Positions 1 through 13,700 of a DNA stretch of 64,000 nt are shown in pieces (position 1 is the first letter of the stretch; every line of letters starts with the position of its first letter). The stretch comes from Paraphysomonas bandaiensis (lineage: Eukaryota > Protista > Chrysophyceae): assembly GCA_965644295.1 (NCBI GenBank), contig CBFFRP010000314.1, forward strand, positions 109,458-173,457, read 5' to 3'. The notes beneath the pieces are model-generated. The model searched no databases, had not been told where the DNA came from, and was given only the letters and a program-made list of their open reading frames with translations. The position numbers and the translations under genes are program-made.

Positions 1-3000
1 CTTTGTTCTTTTCGTACAATGGCTCTACTTCTGACATTTCACTCTTGCAATCATCGTCGCCACATAGTGGAGCATAAGTGTCCCGCTGATCTACTGCTGT
101 TATCTCAATGGACGAATCTTCAATCGTGCCATAGACATGATCTGAGCTGTGTTCATGATGACCTATGACCTCTACAACTGAGCTTATTTCATCACATGAC
201 CCCATACGTTCGCGGATTTCTTCCTCTACAACAAAATGGTTTACAGAATGCCCAATTTTCAGCCCAGCAGTTGAACTCTCGTTCGGTTGACAGTCACAAA
301 CACGCTCTTTCGCACATCCCTCTTCACTGTCATCGGTACTGTCTAGCCAATCCAGCGCTCCACTTCGCTGAAGGTTGGTATACGTATCAACATGAAGGAT
401 GCGCCCGCTGTCAATAACTACAATCCGTGAAACACATTCGCTGGACAAGAACTGAACCTGATGTGTGACCAACACACGTGTCTTTTCTCCCAATTCGCCA
501 CAAACAGCATTTTGAAATAAAGTGTTTCCCACTTTCGGGTCAACTGCACTCAATGGATCATCTAAGAGACATATGTCCGAATCCGAATACACAGCACGAG
601 CTAAACCAACCCTGCAGATATAATACAAGTCATACTTTAATGAGATTTAGACAATGTCTTTCTGCCGCTACACTGGCAAGTAATTCTAAACTACGATTGC
701 ACTGTACCCAATTTACCTAGCTCGCTGGCCTCCAGACAGATTTACTCCTTTGTCTCCGATAACAGTCTCATCACCGGCAGATAGAAGTTGTAAATCAGAT
801 AACAAGTCGCACGACCGAAGTGCCTTCATATACTTCTCCTCATCATAAGGTTTTCCGAAAAGAATATTGCTTTTCAACTGCGAAACATCACACTATTAAT
901 GAAAAGTAACAAGGTAGCATGTATACATGATATATGGTGAATTACACTGAAACTATGGATTCAATGGTTAAAGAGGCAACTATCGATAGCCACAGTACCG
1001 TTGTGCTCATTATCCACGGCTCTTGTGTGCAAAATGCCAAGGACCCATGGCGTTCTACCCTGCTAGACTCACGTATAGGTTCAAGTTCACCTAAATATTG
1101 ATTCGTTATTGCAATGATGTATGCGGGGGACAAATTCTACCAAGAAGGGCCATCAACAGCGAAGTTTTAGCCGAACCAACTGGTCCGACAACTACTATTA
1201 ATTCCCCTTTACGGACTTCCAAACTGACATTCTTTAACACTAAATTTCGGGAAACAGCAATTTCTCCCTCAGAGTCAGCCTTGGCAGGGGGTGTAGACGA
1301 TTCCCATGTGGCAGAAAAGTTCCTCAGTGCAATCACTACCCTATCGTCGTCAGGAGAGAACTCATTGATGCATACAGCTGCCATTTCAAGTCCCCTCTCG
1401 TGACTTTCTACTATATTACGCTTGTCGACTCTATCCATTTCATCAAGTAGTAGTAAAGCCTGAGTACGCTTGATAGCTACATAGCATTGAGATGCGAAAA
1501 CCACTATATGATACGATGTGAGTTTCAATGGACAGTCAACTTGCAAAACACACCACACCTGCAAGCGGGAAAAACTGTATTGGCACAAAAGAAAAGCCGT
1601 TAGAACAATAAAATAAACAGTCAACGACTTCACCTTCACTAGAGTGAACTGCACAATGCCGTAGTACGTTAGCACTATACAAAGAAAACGAATGTTATAA
1701 AAATTTTGAGCAACTGAAATATACCTGTAAAAACAGTGCGCGGTTTCAAAGTGCCGCCAGTCTGACTGAAGGTTATGAACGTGATCGCTCCAACCACAAC
1801 AGGAGCTGCAAAGAACATGGCCTACATAAATACACAACGTTACGGTTATACACACATCGGTTGAAATAGTTAATATATAGTTATGTAGTACATGCTGTCA
1901 CCTCATTGAGCCCTTTGATATTATTAATACGTAGCAGCAGCTTCATCTCTTCTAACCTCACTGAACCAACGAGAGCCTTAAATGCCCACTCCCAACCGTT
2001 AATTTTCATCAGTCGGGCGCCTCCAAGAGCCTGAGACACCAGCTTAATGCGCTCATCTGTGCGCTTTCCTAAGGCGCCTCGGAGGTGAGTGAGATTTCGT
2101 GAGAGTCCCATTTGAAGTGGAATTAAAAGAACAATAGCAGCAAACCCGGCAATAAAAGGCAGTCCAATCTAAATTTATATCAGTTCTATCACACAACATA
2201 TCAATAATAAAGCTAAGTCTACAGAGATGCCAACTGTGCAACTACGTCTATGAAAACCATAAACTCGAATTCACTCACCTCGTATATACCCACGATCAAT
2301 ATTACAATCGCTTCAATAATAGGCTCGTATAAGAAGTGTACAAATATCCCACCCTGCTGAAAAGCCTCCACGTCTTGGCTTGATAGATTTACTACGTGAC
2401 TGGACTCAATATGGGAGAGTGATCTCAAGCTTAGCTTGATAGCTTTGTCGTATATAAGCGTCGTGACAGCAATTCTTAATTGCATTCCCATTCTCCACCC
2501 ATAGAAAAAGTACTGATGGTGCATCAACCCAACAAGTGCACCAGTTATAGTAATCAGAGCACTGATGACGTACCCATTGTTAAAAGCTTGAGTTCCAGAA
2601 CTTCCCCCTGTGAGAATTATATCCACAAAGTATCCCAGAAGAATAGCTTGGAATATCTTTACTCCAGATTCCAGAATAAGAATAATGCCAGTCCAAAAAT
2701 ATTTCGGGGCGAATGCCCTAAAGAGTGCATTCAATAGCGAGGGGCGCTTTCGGGAGAGCTCCTTATTCCATTCGTCAGACACAAGTTTGTTTAAATTGAT
2801 ACTCTCGTCGTCGACAGTGATAGCAGGCAAGTCTTCCTGTGAGAGGTTCTTACTGACTCCATCTGTATATAATCAGGAGCAATAGATGGGTATATAACGA
2901 TAAAACCAAACCTTTAATGAGCTGTGTCGGCCACAAGAAGAACAATCTGCTGATAACTCCTGCGGTCTCGTAGGGGTTTCTCAGCTGCTTTGAGCTGTCA

Positions 3001-3115
3001 TAGTCACCACTCATGCTTACTATATTGCAGAAGACAGTACTACAAACGGGATATCGTCAATTCACCTCTCCTCGCTGTTCACCCTCAGAGCGGATGGGGC
3101 TCTTCTTCGAATCAT
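1..3115 (-). CDS. ABC transporter subfamily C (MRP/ABCC4-like), multi-exon, 3' part runs off the left edge
   Basis: Exons encode NPYETAGVISRLFFLWP, TMD1 (GMQLRIAVTTLIYDKAIKLS; TDERIKLVSQALGGARLMKINGWE), Walker A GPVGSAKTSLL, QEPWI, signature IGDKGVNLSGGQRAR (~720-760) and Walker B LLLDDPLSAVD. GT-AG introns; the start ATG at 3115 is inferred. Confidence 0.9.
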
Positions 3116-3452
3116 GATCTGCACGGCGGGACGACTCTGCGTGTGTTTCATATACAGAAGTGCATTGCTATCGTACTGTGGCCACCAGTTTCGGTCACAT
3201 ATTCGTATGTTTGATTTGATTGGTGGATTTATCTGTCCCACATAGAGTACAGGAATAGAATACAGAATACAGTTTGGAATACAAGAGTTGGAACAGTGCC
3301 CATCTCTGCAGGATGAGCGTGTGATGGGGCATGATGCATGGGGTTGTTGCCTGCCGCTGCACTCAACTGCACAGTGGTCACGAACAGGGCAGATAATCAT
3401 CACATTACATTGCAATCTAATATCAGAACGAAAATCTGAATCGGAGTAAGAA

Positions 3453-4151
3453 ATGTCTGATTGGCTTAGAAATGGCGAATTGAGCGTTAGTTCATTCAAT
3501 TTATCGGTAGAGAGTACGTGTGCTGTCCTTGCACTATATACCATACTGGTTTTCGGTGTGGCTCGATTGACCAACTATACGAGCTCCGATAAGCAGACAC
3601 TCCAGGCAGGTGAAACCACAGCATTGAGTTGGTACAATTCTCTGTGTAGGGATGTGCCATCCACATACATTTTGGACGTCGAAGAGTGGAAAAACATCAA
3701 TGATTACAGAGGGAGAAACGGCTGGAAAGGAAATGACTTTATGCATGCACCCAATTCTCCAGTTCGAATATATGATTACATCATGTATCGCCCTGGAACC
3801 AACGAAGACAGAAGTGATGTTGCTATTGTCTCAGCAGTCCACTTTACTGAAAACGCAGAAAGTCACAAGGGATTATGCCACGGAGGAACTATGTGTGCAG
3901 TTATGGATGATGCTATTGGTTGGTGCGGCTTTTGTGAGTCTGGTGAATGTATCCCATGGAGTGGCTACACTGTACAAGTTAACACGAAACTGATGAAAGC
4001 GATTCCCCTGGAATCGTGTTTGAAATTAGAAGCTTGGATTGACAAGCGTGAAGGAAGTAGGAAAATTCACGTCAATGCTAGAATCTATGATGCTGTTACT
4101 GGCATTGAGCATGCCCGTGCTGAAGGGTTGTTTTTAAAATCAACAAAATGA
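3453..4151 (+). CDS. Hotdog-fold acyl-CoA thioesterase (PaaI/THEM4-like) with N-terminal hydrophobic segment
   Basis: Motif GLCHGGTMCAVMDDAIG followed by YTVQVNTKLMKAIPL; single exon. Confidence 0.85.
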   Translation: MSDWLRNGELSVSSFNLSVESTCAVLALYTILVFGVARLTNYTSSDKQTLQAGETTALSWYNSLCRDVPSTYILDVEEWKNINDYRGRNGWKGNDFMHAPNSPVRIYDYIMYRPGTNEDRSDVAIVSAVHFTENAESHKGLCHGGTMCAVMDDAIGWCGFCESGECIPWSGYTVQVNTKLMKAIPLESCLKLEAWIDKREGSRKIHVNARIYDAVTGIEHARAEGLFLKSTK

Positions 4152-4724
4152 TAGCATCACAGTGTTGTATAAATAATACATGTGCCGAGTTGAAATAATA
4201 CATATTAGCTACTCACGGCGCCATAATTACTCAGTGTAAGCATGGCAAGTATAACGTTGGCGCCTTGTCTGTTAACGTACAGTGTTGTCTTTCAACTTAT
4301 GTAAAATTGACAAAGAGGTGCTAAATATTCCACAGCATCACACCATAACGTTTATACATGCTTTATATATTGCAACATTGTAGTTAGATAGTCACATCAC
4401 TAGCATTGCAATACTATTGCAATATATTAGTATCATTAATGAGCTATTAAAAACGTGCCTATATTTTGTTTTTAATACCAGTACTTGAGATCATATGATA
4501 ACGAAGTCTCGCCCGTCGCCCTAGTTATTGTAAACTGAGAATATGAATTTTGGTGTTTACCCCAATTTTGAAGTGACTAGAAAATTACAACAAATCGACT
4601 AGGTTGAATAAAAGATCCCTAAAATATGACCAGTACGGAGTACGGAGTAGTGAACTGTAAACTGGATAAAGATATTATTAAAACACGTTTAATGAGGAAG
4701 AATCAAAATCATTTAAGGCTTTAG

Positions 4725-5100
4725 ACCCTCAACAAAACGTTTCGTGGTGCTCTGGGGATAATTACTGAGATATTTTTCCGGGAAGCTAATGTGAGATGCA
4801 TATATACAGTCAGCAGATATTGTTCTCTTGGCGAATAAACAGGCATCCGGTAATGGGCCCACCTGAAGGGTATCCGGGGTATTCGGTTGCCTGCTGAAGT
4901 CAAGCATCCGGGCTGTTGACTTTAAGGGTAGAGAACAAAAGTGGTTGCACCTTGGTGCTTGGGGTGACGCACAAGTAGCTGTCATAGCGCCAAATAGTAG
5001 GATATCAGAGTTATAAGTACTAGTTAGTTAAATTAGTTCTGACTCTGAACTAAAACAAATGCTTAACTCTGATATCATACTATTTACTATTTAACGCTAC
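4725..5100 (-). repeat. Copy of unclassified dispersed repeat family R, with head-to-head inverted duplication of its end
   Basis: Shares AAACAGGCAT..GGGCCCACCT and GGTTGCACCTTGGTGCTTG..AATAGTAGGATATCAGAGTTA with copies at ~19.2, 36.8, 43.1 and 52.5 kb. Confidence 0.75.
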
Positions 5101-6450
5101 GAAATCAGCGTTGTTGGGTTTTGTAGTATGATGCGATATCAGCGCAATTATGATGAACATGCTCACCATAAGCTACATGAACGTGTTGTGAAATGTTGAT
5201 GTTAATAGTTATAATACTTTCTTGAAATTACGTTGTGCTCTAAAAGCAATGTTAAGGTTAGCTTAAGTGCAAAGTCCAATTCTAACATGTTTCAGGGGAA
5301 GTTGTACAAGCGCCAAACCACAAAACACGACATAGAGAAAATTTTACTTGGATTGTTTTTGGAAATTTAAAATTTAAAAATAAGAAGAATATGTTACGAT
5401 GAACTATCTAACTCTGGACAAGCAGCAGTTGCTCTCAAATTCAGGGCGAAGTAAAAGTATATTGAATTGCAATTATTTATTTTTCCTTGCTACAATATGT
5501 TGGAATTGGTATGGTTCTCTAAGATAGTACTGTAGAATACGTTAAATACAATGCGAAAAACAGTAATACGTAGTCAATAGTCAAAGGTGCTATATAGTAT
5601 AACTGTGAAACTGAAGTATTATATCATGACGATTCAAGATACGGAAGTTGAGCAGTGGTTGACATGAACGAAATAATTTATCATGTTGTTGACATGTGTT
5701 ACATGACAATACACACAATTGTGTATACGTGTATACAATTATAATAAAGTAATCTATCTAGTTTGACTAACTTAAACTTCTCTTACAACGATCTTAATCA
5801 TCTGAAAATGGTCAATTGTCAATACAATATACTTATTATTATTTTAGCCAAATCTGGCCTCACAATATTTGCAATATATTGCTCATGCTTGTGTTTTTGA
5901 AAATAGATTTGCTTAATCATAAATTACTCTTCAGAACCACGTAACTCATCTATAAATACAATATCGAGCAATTCAATATCTGCAGCGAAGAACGCATATC
6001 ATGTTTGAGTCAAATTGTTTAAATCCAACGCGATGGTTGATTACGTTAAACACAGCCTGTCCAATATATAACGTTTAACAGAACATGGTGTGATAGAGTA
6101 TACGAAACTATTAATTTTAAACTGTGTCACAAGTACTATTGACATCCGTAAATAACGAATACAGAAAAATACCACAACGTTATGCCGACTACCGAAGAAA
6201 AAATTCAACATAGCATTTTCAACACTTCTTTATTGCTCAATTCTCATGGGCCAGTACACACTATGCAGCATACTTCATGATCGCATATTCCGTGCTATAA
6301 ACGGATTCGTTTTACAAGCATACCATCGACATGGTCCGCCACAATATAATCAATCAAAGTTAAGCATAAGGATGTAACGTAGCAGCATTCATACTGATTG
6401 GTATTGTCGTCTATCTTTCTCTTGACTGGAGACAAGTGCAGACTAAAGTA

Positions 6451-6897
6451 CTAAAGTCGGTTGTCCTTTTTCCCGCCAAAATATTCATAGCCGAAGCCAT
6501 TATCTATCATACACTTGTTGATATCGATTTTTCTAAACCACTGCCAGCGATATAATGTTCCCAGAAATCTTCCATACTTATCGAACCCGTGTATCTTTAA
6601 CCGCACAGTCTTATGCAGACAGTACTTTACTAAAGCACTCTTGGCTGCCTCAGCACTCAAAATGACTTCATCTCGATTGACGCAATCACGTGGTGGTCGT
6701 AACTCAGGAGAGTCATATCCATAGCACCTCACCTTGATCTTCTGATACCGCCCATTGATCCGAACCACAGCTGTGCATGTGTCTCCGTCATACACAGACA
6801 CTACCCTCGCAAGAAACTCACAGTCTTTGAATCCATACTCCGGGGTATTGTCATCAGTCCTACCTGAGAGTCGATACCGAACCAAGCAAGAGCCCAT
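6451..6897 (-). CDS. Staphylococcal nuclease (thermonuclease/SNase) family protein, 148 aa, intronless
   Basis: VVSVYDGDT, KVRCYGYDSPE, FDKYGRFLG, INKCMIDNGFG motifs; likely start MGSC at 6897, since the longer ORF is read-through of the microsatellite. Confidence 0.88.
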   Translation of the reverse strand: MGSCLVRYRLSGRTDDNTPEYGFKDCEFLARVVSVYDGDTCTAVVRINGRYQKIKVRCYGYDSPELRPPRDCVNRDEVILSAEAAKSALVKYCLHKTVRLKIHGFDKYGRFLGTLYRWQWFRKIDINKCMIDNGFGYEYFGGKKDNRL

Positions 6898-6926
6898 GAC
6901 AATATCTATATTGCGAGAGATTGAAT

Positions 6927-7606
6927 ATGTACGTATGTATGTATGTATGTATGTATGTATGTATGTATGTATGTATGTATGTATGTATGTATGTATGTAT
7001 GTATGTATGTATGTATGTATGTATGTATGTATGTATGTATGTATGTATGTATGTATGTATGTATGTATGTATGTATGTATGTATGTATGTATGTATGTAT
7101 GTATGTATGTATGTATGTATGTATGTATGTATGTATGTATGTATGTATGTATGTATGTATGTATGTATGTATGTATGTATGTATGTATGTATGTATGTAT
7201 GTATGTATGTATGTATGTATGTATGTATGTATGTATGTATGTATGTATGTATGTATGTATGTATGTATGTATGTATGTATGTATGTATGTATGTATGTAT
7301 GTATGTATGTATGTATGTATGTATGTATGTATGTATGTATGTATGTATGTATGTATGTATGTATGTATGTATGTATGTATGTATGTATGTATGTATGTAT
7401 GTATGTATGTATGTATGTATGTATGTATGTATGTATGTATGTATGTATGTATGTATGTATGTATGTATGTATGTATGTATGTATGTATGTATGTATGTAT
7501 GTATGTATGTATGTATGTATGTATGTATGTATGTATGTATGTATGTATGTATGTATGTATGTATGTATGTATGTATGTATGTATGTATGTATGTATGTAT
7601 GTATAT
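6927..7606. repeat. (TATG)n/(CATA)n microsatellite, about 170 units
   Basis: Near-perfect GTAT tetranucleotide array between the divergent SNase and AQR genes. Confidence 0.98.
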
Positions 7607-7788
7607 ATGTGCTGCTGGTGAGACATAATTATTTGAAATGTGAGGTTGAAAATGACTTCTTGGGTGTCCCACAAAGATCCGGGTGTCGCATATCGCACAT
7701 GGACCAACAATACACACCAGAGCATATTGTAAACATTATTAGCGAACAAGCACAATAGTAGTACAGCAGTAGAGCCTCATCTTTCATA

Positions 7789-10700
7789 ATGCCACCTAAG
7801 AAAGGAAAGAAGGCAGCTGCTAAACCGAAGGTCTCTCCTTCCTCTGCATCAGAGGAACCCTCCAAGTCGAAGCGTGGCGTGCCGACAATTTCCCAAATAC
7901 TACAGGATCCCATAACTGAAATCGCTAGCAAATATTGGGCACCGGGAGGCTCTGTGAGTTGTAGAGAGCAATGTGTTTATGAATGTCTAACATGAGTTTT
8001 TTGTCAGGGGGAGGAATACGGTGTGTTTGATGATAGAATTGTACAGCATATATACAGAACAGAATTATGTAGTGGCGCCAAGTTTGATCGCCTACAGCTA
8101 TTGGAATTCAGCTGCTACCTAGAAAATTATTTGTGGAAATATTTGTCACCCGAAAGTTCATTTGAACATGTATTTAGTGTATTATTGATGATAAACGAGA
8201 AATTTCGTGAGGGCGTTGGTGCCTTTGATTCTTTGACGGAATGTCAGGATAAATTTCAAGACTTTTTGAGTGATGTTGTGAAGTTTTCGATTTTAGAGAA
8301 AGAGGCACTGAATGCTGAGCAAAAGACATCCGTAGTGGTTTTTTTGATCAATTCATTCAAGAGTTTGGAGAATGAAGTGGTTCGACGGGGGATGCTGAAA
8401 TACGTTTCATTGCCTATTTGGGAGTCGCTTACGGAAGAGAGGTTACGAGCTGAACTCGATGAACACCCTCAAATTCGTCAACACTGGGAATATTTACAGT
8501 CAAAAAAGGACTCAGGAGTGCAGAGTGAATCTGTGGCTAATGCAGAATCGGATGATGAGAATACAACGCAGGGGAAGCGCAAGAACCGTCGGCGAAGTAA
8601 GACGCCAACGAAGAAGGCGAAGACAAGTACCACCCCTCCTGCTACGCCATCCATACAGGAAACAAAATATATGGCGACCTGGTTTTCGACCCTTCTTGAT
8701 CAGTTTATGAATGCTGTAGAAGACTCACGTTGTGCATCATCTGAAAACCAGACGTACATTGAGCGATTCTGCGAACTGTTGATTGATCTCCTCAGTCAGC
8801 TCCCGACAAGGCGGTTTCTCAACACTCTTCTCGATGATCGGCATATTATAGTTCGCTGCAAGCGGTCTGTTTTGTACTCTCCATCAGAATGCACATTATT
8901 TACTCAGCTGGTCGATTTGCTAGATGCTTTCTCCAATTTTCAAATAGAGGACCAGAGCGGGCGTGAACTGAGTGCTCAGGATATGATGGCTGTATGTAAC
9001 AGCCGTTTGCACACGCTTCAGCAAGTGGCATATATGCACTACAAGGAAGAGCTGGCGGATTTGATCTTCTCCAGTACTGGAGAACTAGGAAAGGTGACGC
9101 ATTTGCGAAGAGCACATATTAACGGAATTCTCATCAATTACTCTTTGACAGGCTGAAAATCTTCAGAAACATTTTAGTTTACTTTCGGAAGAGCAGTTGT
9201 TGGATCTTGCCCATCGTTTAGGTAAGTTTTCATATTTCATGTTTTTTTCGTATTTATTCTGGATTATCTCTTTCATTTTTATGAATAGCGGTTGTAACGT
9301 ATAATATGTAGGGTACATCACTGCAGCTTCGTCTCCTTCTACTGACTTTGTAATGGATGTGCTGCTGTTCAAACTCTCTTATAGAAAGAGTCAGCTGGAG
9401 CTGTTGAGTCAAACCTCATTATATCCAACGGAGAAACTTCTCTGGGATCCGAATTCTGTTCCACTAGGGAAACACTACAATGGACAACAAGTGTTGGCTC
9501 TCCCGAAATTGAACTTACAATTCTTAACAATGCATGACTATTTTTTGAGGAATTTCAATTTATTTCGCTTGGAGAGTGCGTATGAAATCCGGTGAGAGTA
9601 CAACCATTCCCATGGTATTGTCTGAACTTTAAATGTGTGATATTTTATTTCAGGCAAGACATTGTTGATTCTGTTAAGCGGATAGCTCCGAGGCAATCCC
9701 TTAGTGGTTCGGTGTCATTTGGGGGTTGGGCGAGAATGGCCCTCCCTATTATTTCAGTAAATATAGAAGAGGTCATGACAAGTGCCTGCTCCGCCTTTTG
9801 TGTTGCGACCTTACCATTGACTGCAGGTTACCAAGCCTAACTTAGGCGAGGTCGTCCCCGGTCGGGTGTCTTGTTCTGTGGAAATCGATATATCTCGATA
9901 TCAAGGCGATATTAGAGACGAGTGGGAAGCACTGAGGGAGCATGATGGTACGACGTGAATATCTCCGTAAGTTTGTGGTCACAGTTTTTCGCGTGCAGTT
10001 GTTTTTCTACTTTGTATTAAGAACCCTGCTATGGAAGCCGGTAATGTGGCTAAGTTCGAAAAGTAAGTTATGACATATCACTATATAATGCGTCTGACAA
10101 AATCCAGTGAGCGGAAGGACCTTGCGAAGGGACAGAAACCCAAGGGTCAACGAGACTTTCAATGGTCAGAAGACGACTTAGATTTTCCGTCTACATACGG
10201 TTCGTGCACTGTTCATTAGGCTATATATTCTTTCATGGGCTATAATGTTGAAACTATTATTCCTGACATTCTATTGAATTTGTGGTGACAAGTACACCAT
10301 TCCTTAGGCTGTGTGTGATTATTGTAAATGTTTCTACATAGAGTTTCGTAATTTCTGTCATTTAGGAATTCAGTATGTCCGAGCCGGTGAAATTTTTGAA
10401 TATAGAGATGAGGATGATGTTGTACTGAACGATTTCACCAGGTAATGCAATGTTAATTTGTATTGCTACTTGAAGTGAAAGGTTATATTAGGCCGGATGA
10501 GCGAAAGACTGGACGCATTGGTGGTAAGAGAAGATTGCGGCTTCGTTTGGATCCTGCACAGTATTACGAGGATGTAAAGGTCAGTACTAATACATTGCAC
10601 TTTGGTTGTCAGATGTTATATGTCTTGTCGCGTGACTATAGTTTTAAAGAATTGTGTTACAGTCTGGTGTTGAGTGCTACGAAACTTTAAATCTGTTAAT

Positions 10701-13700
10701 TCGTCGAAAGCCTAAAGAGAACAACTTCAAAGCAGTGTTGGAAACGATTCGTGATCTGATGAACACTGCAGCTGTAGGCCGGGCGATCCCGGCTTGGTTG
10801 CACGACGTCTTTCTTGGTTATGGGAGACCTGATGCTGCACACTACAGGTAAGGCAAAACATTGTGGTGTTATGTAGATGCTTATGTTGATCTCCATGATT
10901 GTACTTATGATTAGTCTTTTCATAGCATTTTTGCATTTGTGATTGACAAATACCCTATAATGAGAGTTCAAAAGAATTATTTTGAGTCTAATACTGAACT
11001 CAATGCTATGACTAATTCTTGTGCTCATGCAGGTATTATTCTCGTTCTTAAAAAAGTTTTGGAGTTGATGAGTCCGATGATGTTGTTAATGATTAGTCTT
11101 TACAGACCTATTGTGATTGACACGTACCCTAAACATGAGGACTGTATACATTATATACTGCTCTATTCTTGGATGAAGGAGTTATCTAATATTTTAATAG
11201 GAATATGCCCACCAAATGTACCAGCAGACAGTTGGACTTGACCAGTACTACAGAGTCATGTCAGGATTCCGATGCTGTCGAGGAGATGGATTATACCGAT
11301 ACATTCCTTAGTTACTCTCACCTCTTGGAGTCTTTTCCTGACGCAGACGTCTCACTCTGCAACGAGGATGGAGTATCACTTCCTGTGGACAATGGTGACC
11401 CCTCCACACACCCACTTCCACCATTCAAACTACGCATTACTCGTGGGGAGGGCAAGGATGCAAAGGATGTTATCCAAGTTTTCTCCTATCGTCCAGTGAA
11501 CATGGGACCCTTTCCGCAAGACAAAAGGCCCTGTAATTCTATCAGGTACTATTCTCATAGTTTAAAACACTCGCATATTTGTAGGGTGATATAGTAGTAC
11601 TGTAAGTTGGCGATGATGATAGTTTTGAATTCCTTCACTGAAATGGATTTGACAGTCCAATATCATGTGGAATATTTGCACGTTAGTCTGAGTCAACTTC
11701 ACATACTGATCCACATCTAAATATACGCTGTTAACATGCTGTGAATGTACTATTGACTGTGAAGATAGAACATGAATTCCTTCTCTGAGATGGATATGAC
11801 AGTCCAAATTTCATGCGGAATATTTGCACGTTAGTCTGAGTCAATTGTACTCCCCTATTGTTATGTAGTATATGCGTGACTGTGAAGATAAGTACAATTT
11901 ATACTAAAGTGGACTGTATGGTCCTCATTATGCAGAAACTTGCACGTTAGTCTGAGTCACGTCTGTGTTTTCAAGAAAAATGTTATTTCTATTCTATAAA
12001 CACCACTAATATGGCAAATAAAATGATTGTAATGAATGTGTTGTGGCAGGTATACTTCTGTTCAAGTGGAAGCTCTGCGATCTGGTATGAATCAAGGCCT
12101 TACAATGGTAGTTGGTCCTCCTGGAACGGGTAAAACAGACGTTGCGGTACAAATTATATGCAATCTCTATCACAACTACCCTACTCAGAAGATTTTGTTG
12201 GTGGCGCACAGCAATACTGCCCTGAACGATTTGTTTGAAAAGATTATGATGGTAAGATTTTGTTGTCATAATTTAATGATAGAATGATGGGCGACATTGT
12301 CTGGTGATGACTATCATATCAGAAGCCAATCCTCTGATCCGAGTGATGAATACTGATATCCCATTGTCTGATGGACTTCGCACGTTATAATTATTGCATG
12401 CATTGGTGTGATATGAACTGTAGATATGAGGTGCGAAATGCTGACCTATATTTCGTGTTACAGCGTGACGTGGACCCACGTCATCTCCTTCGACTTGGTA
12501 GTGGTGAAAAGGACTTGTTGCAGGAGGGTCGAGGAAAGGATGCTTTCGGTTCAGAGGACCAATTCAGCAAACAGGGAAGAGTCAACTGGAGTCTCGCTCG
12601 TAGGCAACAGCTCTTACAGCAAGTAAGTTGCATGCCCAAATCTATCCTTTATTATTGTGACAGTATCATTTTGACTTGTTTTTGTAGGTACAATACTTGG
12701 CTGTGAGTCTTGGAGTTGCTGGCGATGTCGGATACACCTGTGAAACAGCAGAGTACTTCAATCTAGAGCATATCGTAGCAAGGATTGAGAAATTTCAACT
12801 CGATGTTGAAGCCATGAAGGGCGACGAGAATGAGGTTGATGTACAATCTGTTTTTCCATTCACTTCATACTTCTCCTCTGCTCCACAACCTCTTTTTAAG
12901 GGTACGTAGATACAAACTAGAAAATTAATGTACTTATTCTGCACTCAGGAGACTATGACCAAGATGTTGAGATTGCCGCTGGATGCTTTCGTCATATAAA
13001 GAATCTTTTTGCTGAACTGGCGGATTATAGGTAGATACTTTGAATTGCGTCCTTGGCGTTGTTGACATTTTTGTACAGAGCATTTGAGTTGCTTCGAACC
13101 CAAGGGCACCGGGCTGATTACTTACTTACTAAGCAGGTATACATAATATCCAGAGTTCTTAGAACACATATTTTGTATTTTCTCTATCATCTAGATTTGG
13201 TAACAAAATATTTTTTCTCTGATGTATTCCTTATATGTATGAGAATGACATACACAGCGCAATGACGATAAGTTTATTTCTGACACCTCTTGTTTGAGAT
13301 CCTTCTGTGAAACACTCAAAAATGAGTGTGAATCAGTCGGGTCGTTGAACGCAACTTTTTCCTGAGCGCGCGTTGCAGTGATATTATGTGCTGTATGTCA
13401 TGTTGATTTTGTGTCCGATGGTGACCATAATATCAGAAGCCAATCCTCTGAACCGATTGATGAATACTGATATCCCAATGTCTGAAGGACCACACTCTCT
13501 TTTCTGACAAAATATTTTTTCTTCGATGTATTCCTTCTTGCGATATATATATGAGAATGACATACACAGCGCAATGACGATAAGTTTATTTCTGACACCT
13601 CTTGTTTGAGGTCCTTCTGTGAAACACTCAAAAATGAGTGTGAATCAGTCGGGTCGTTGAACGCAACTTTTTCCTGAGCGCGTGTTGCAATGATATTATG

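Noticed and set aside
6755-7758. Long YIHT/MYVC repeat proteins
   Set aside because: Translation artefacts of the stop-free TATG microsatellite
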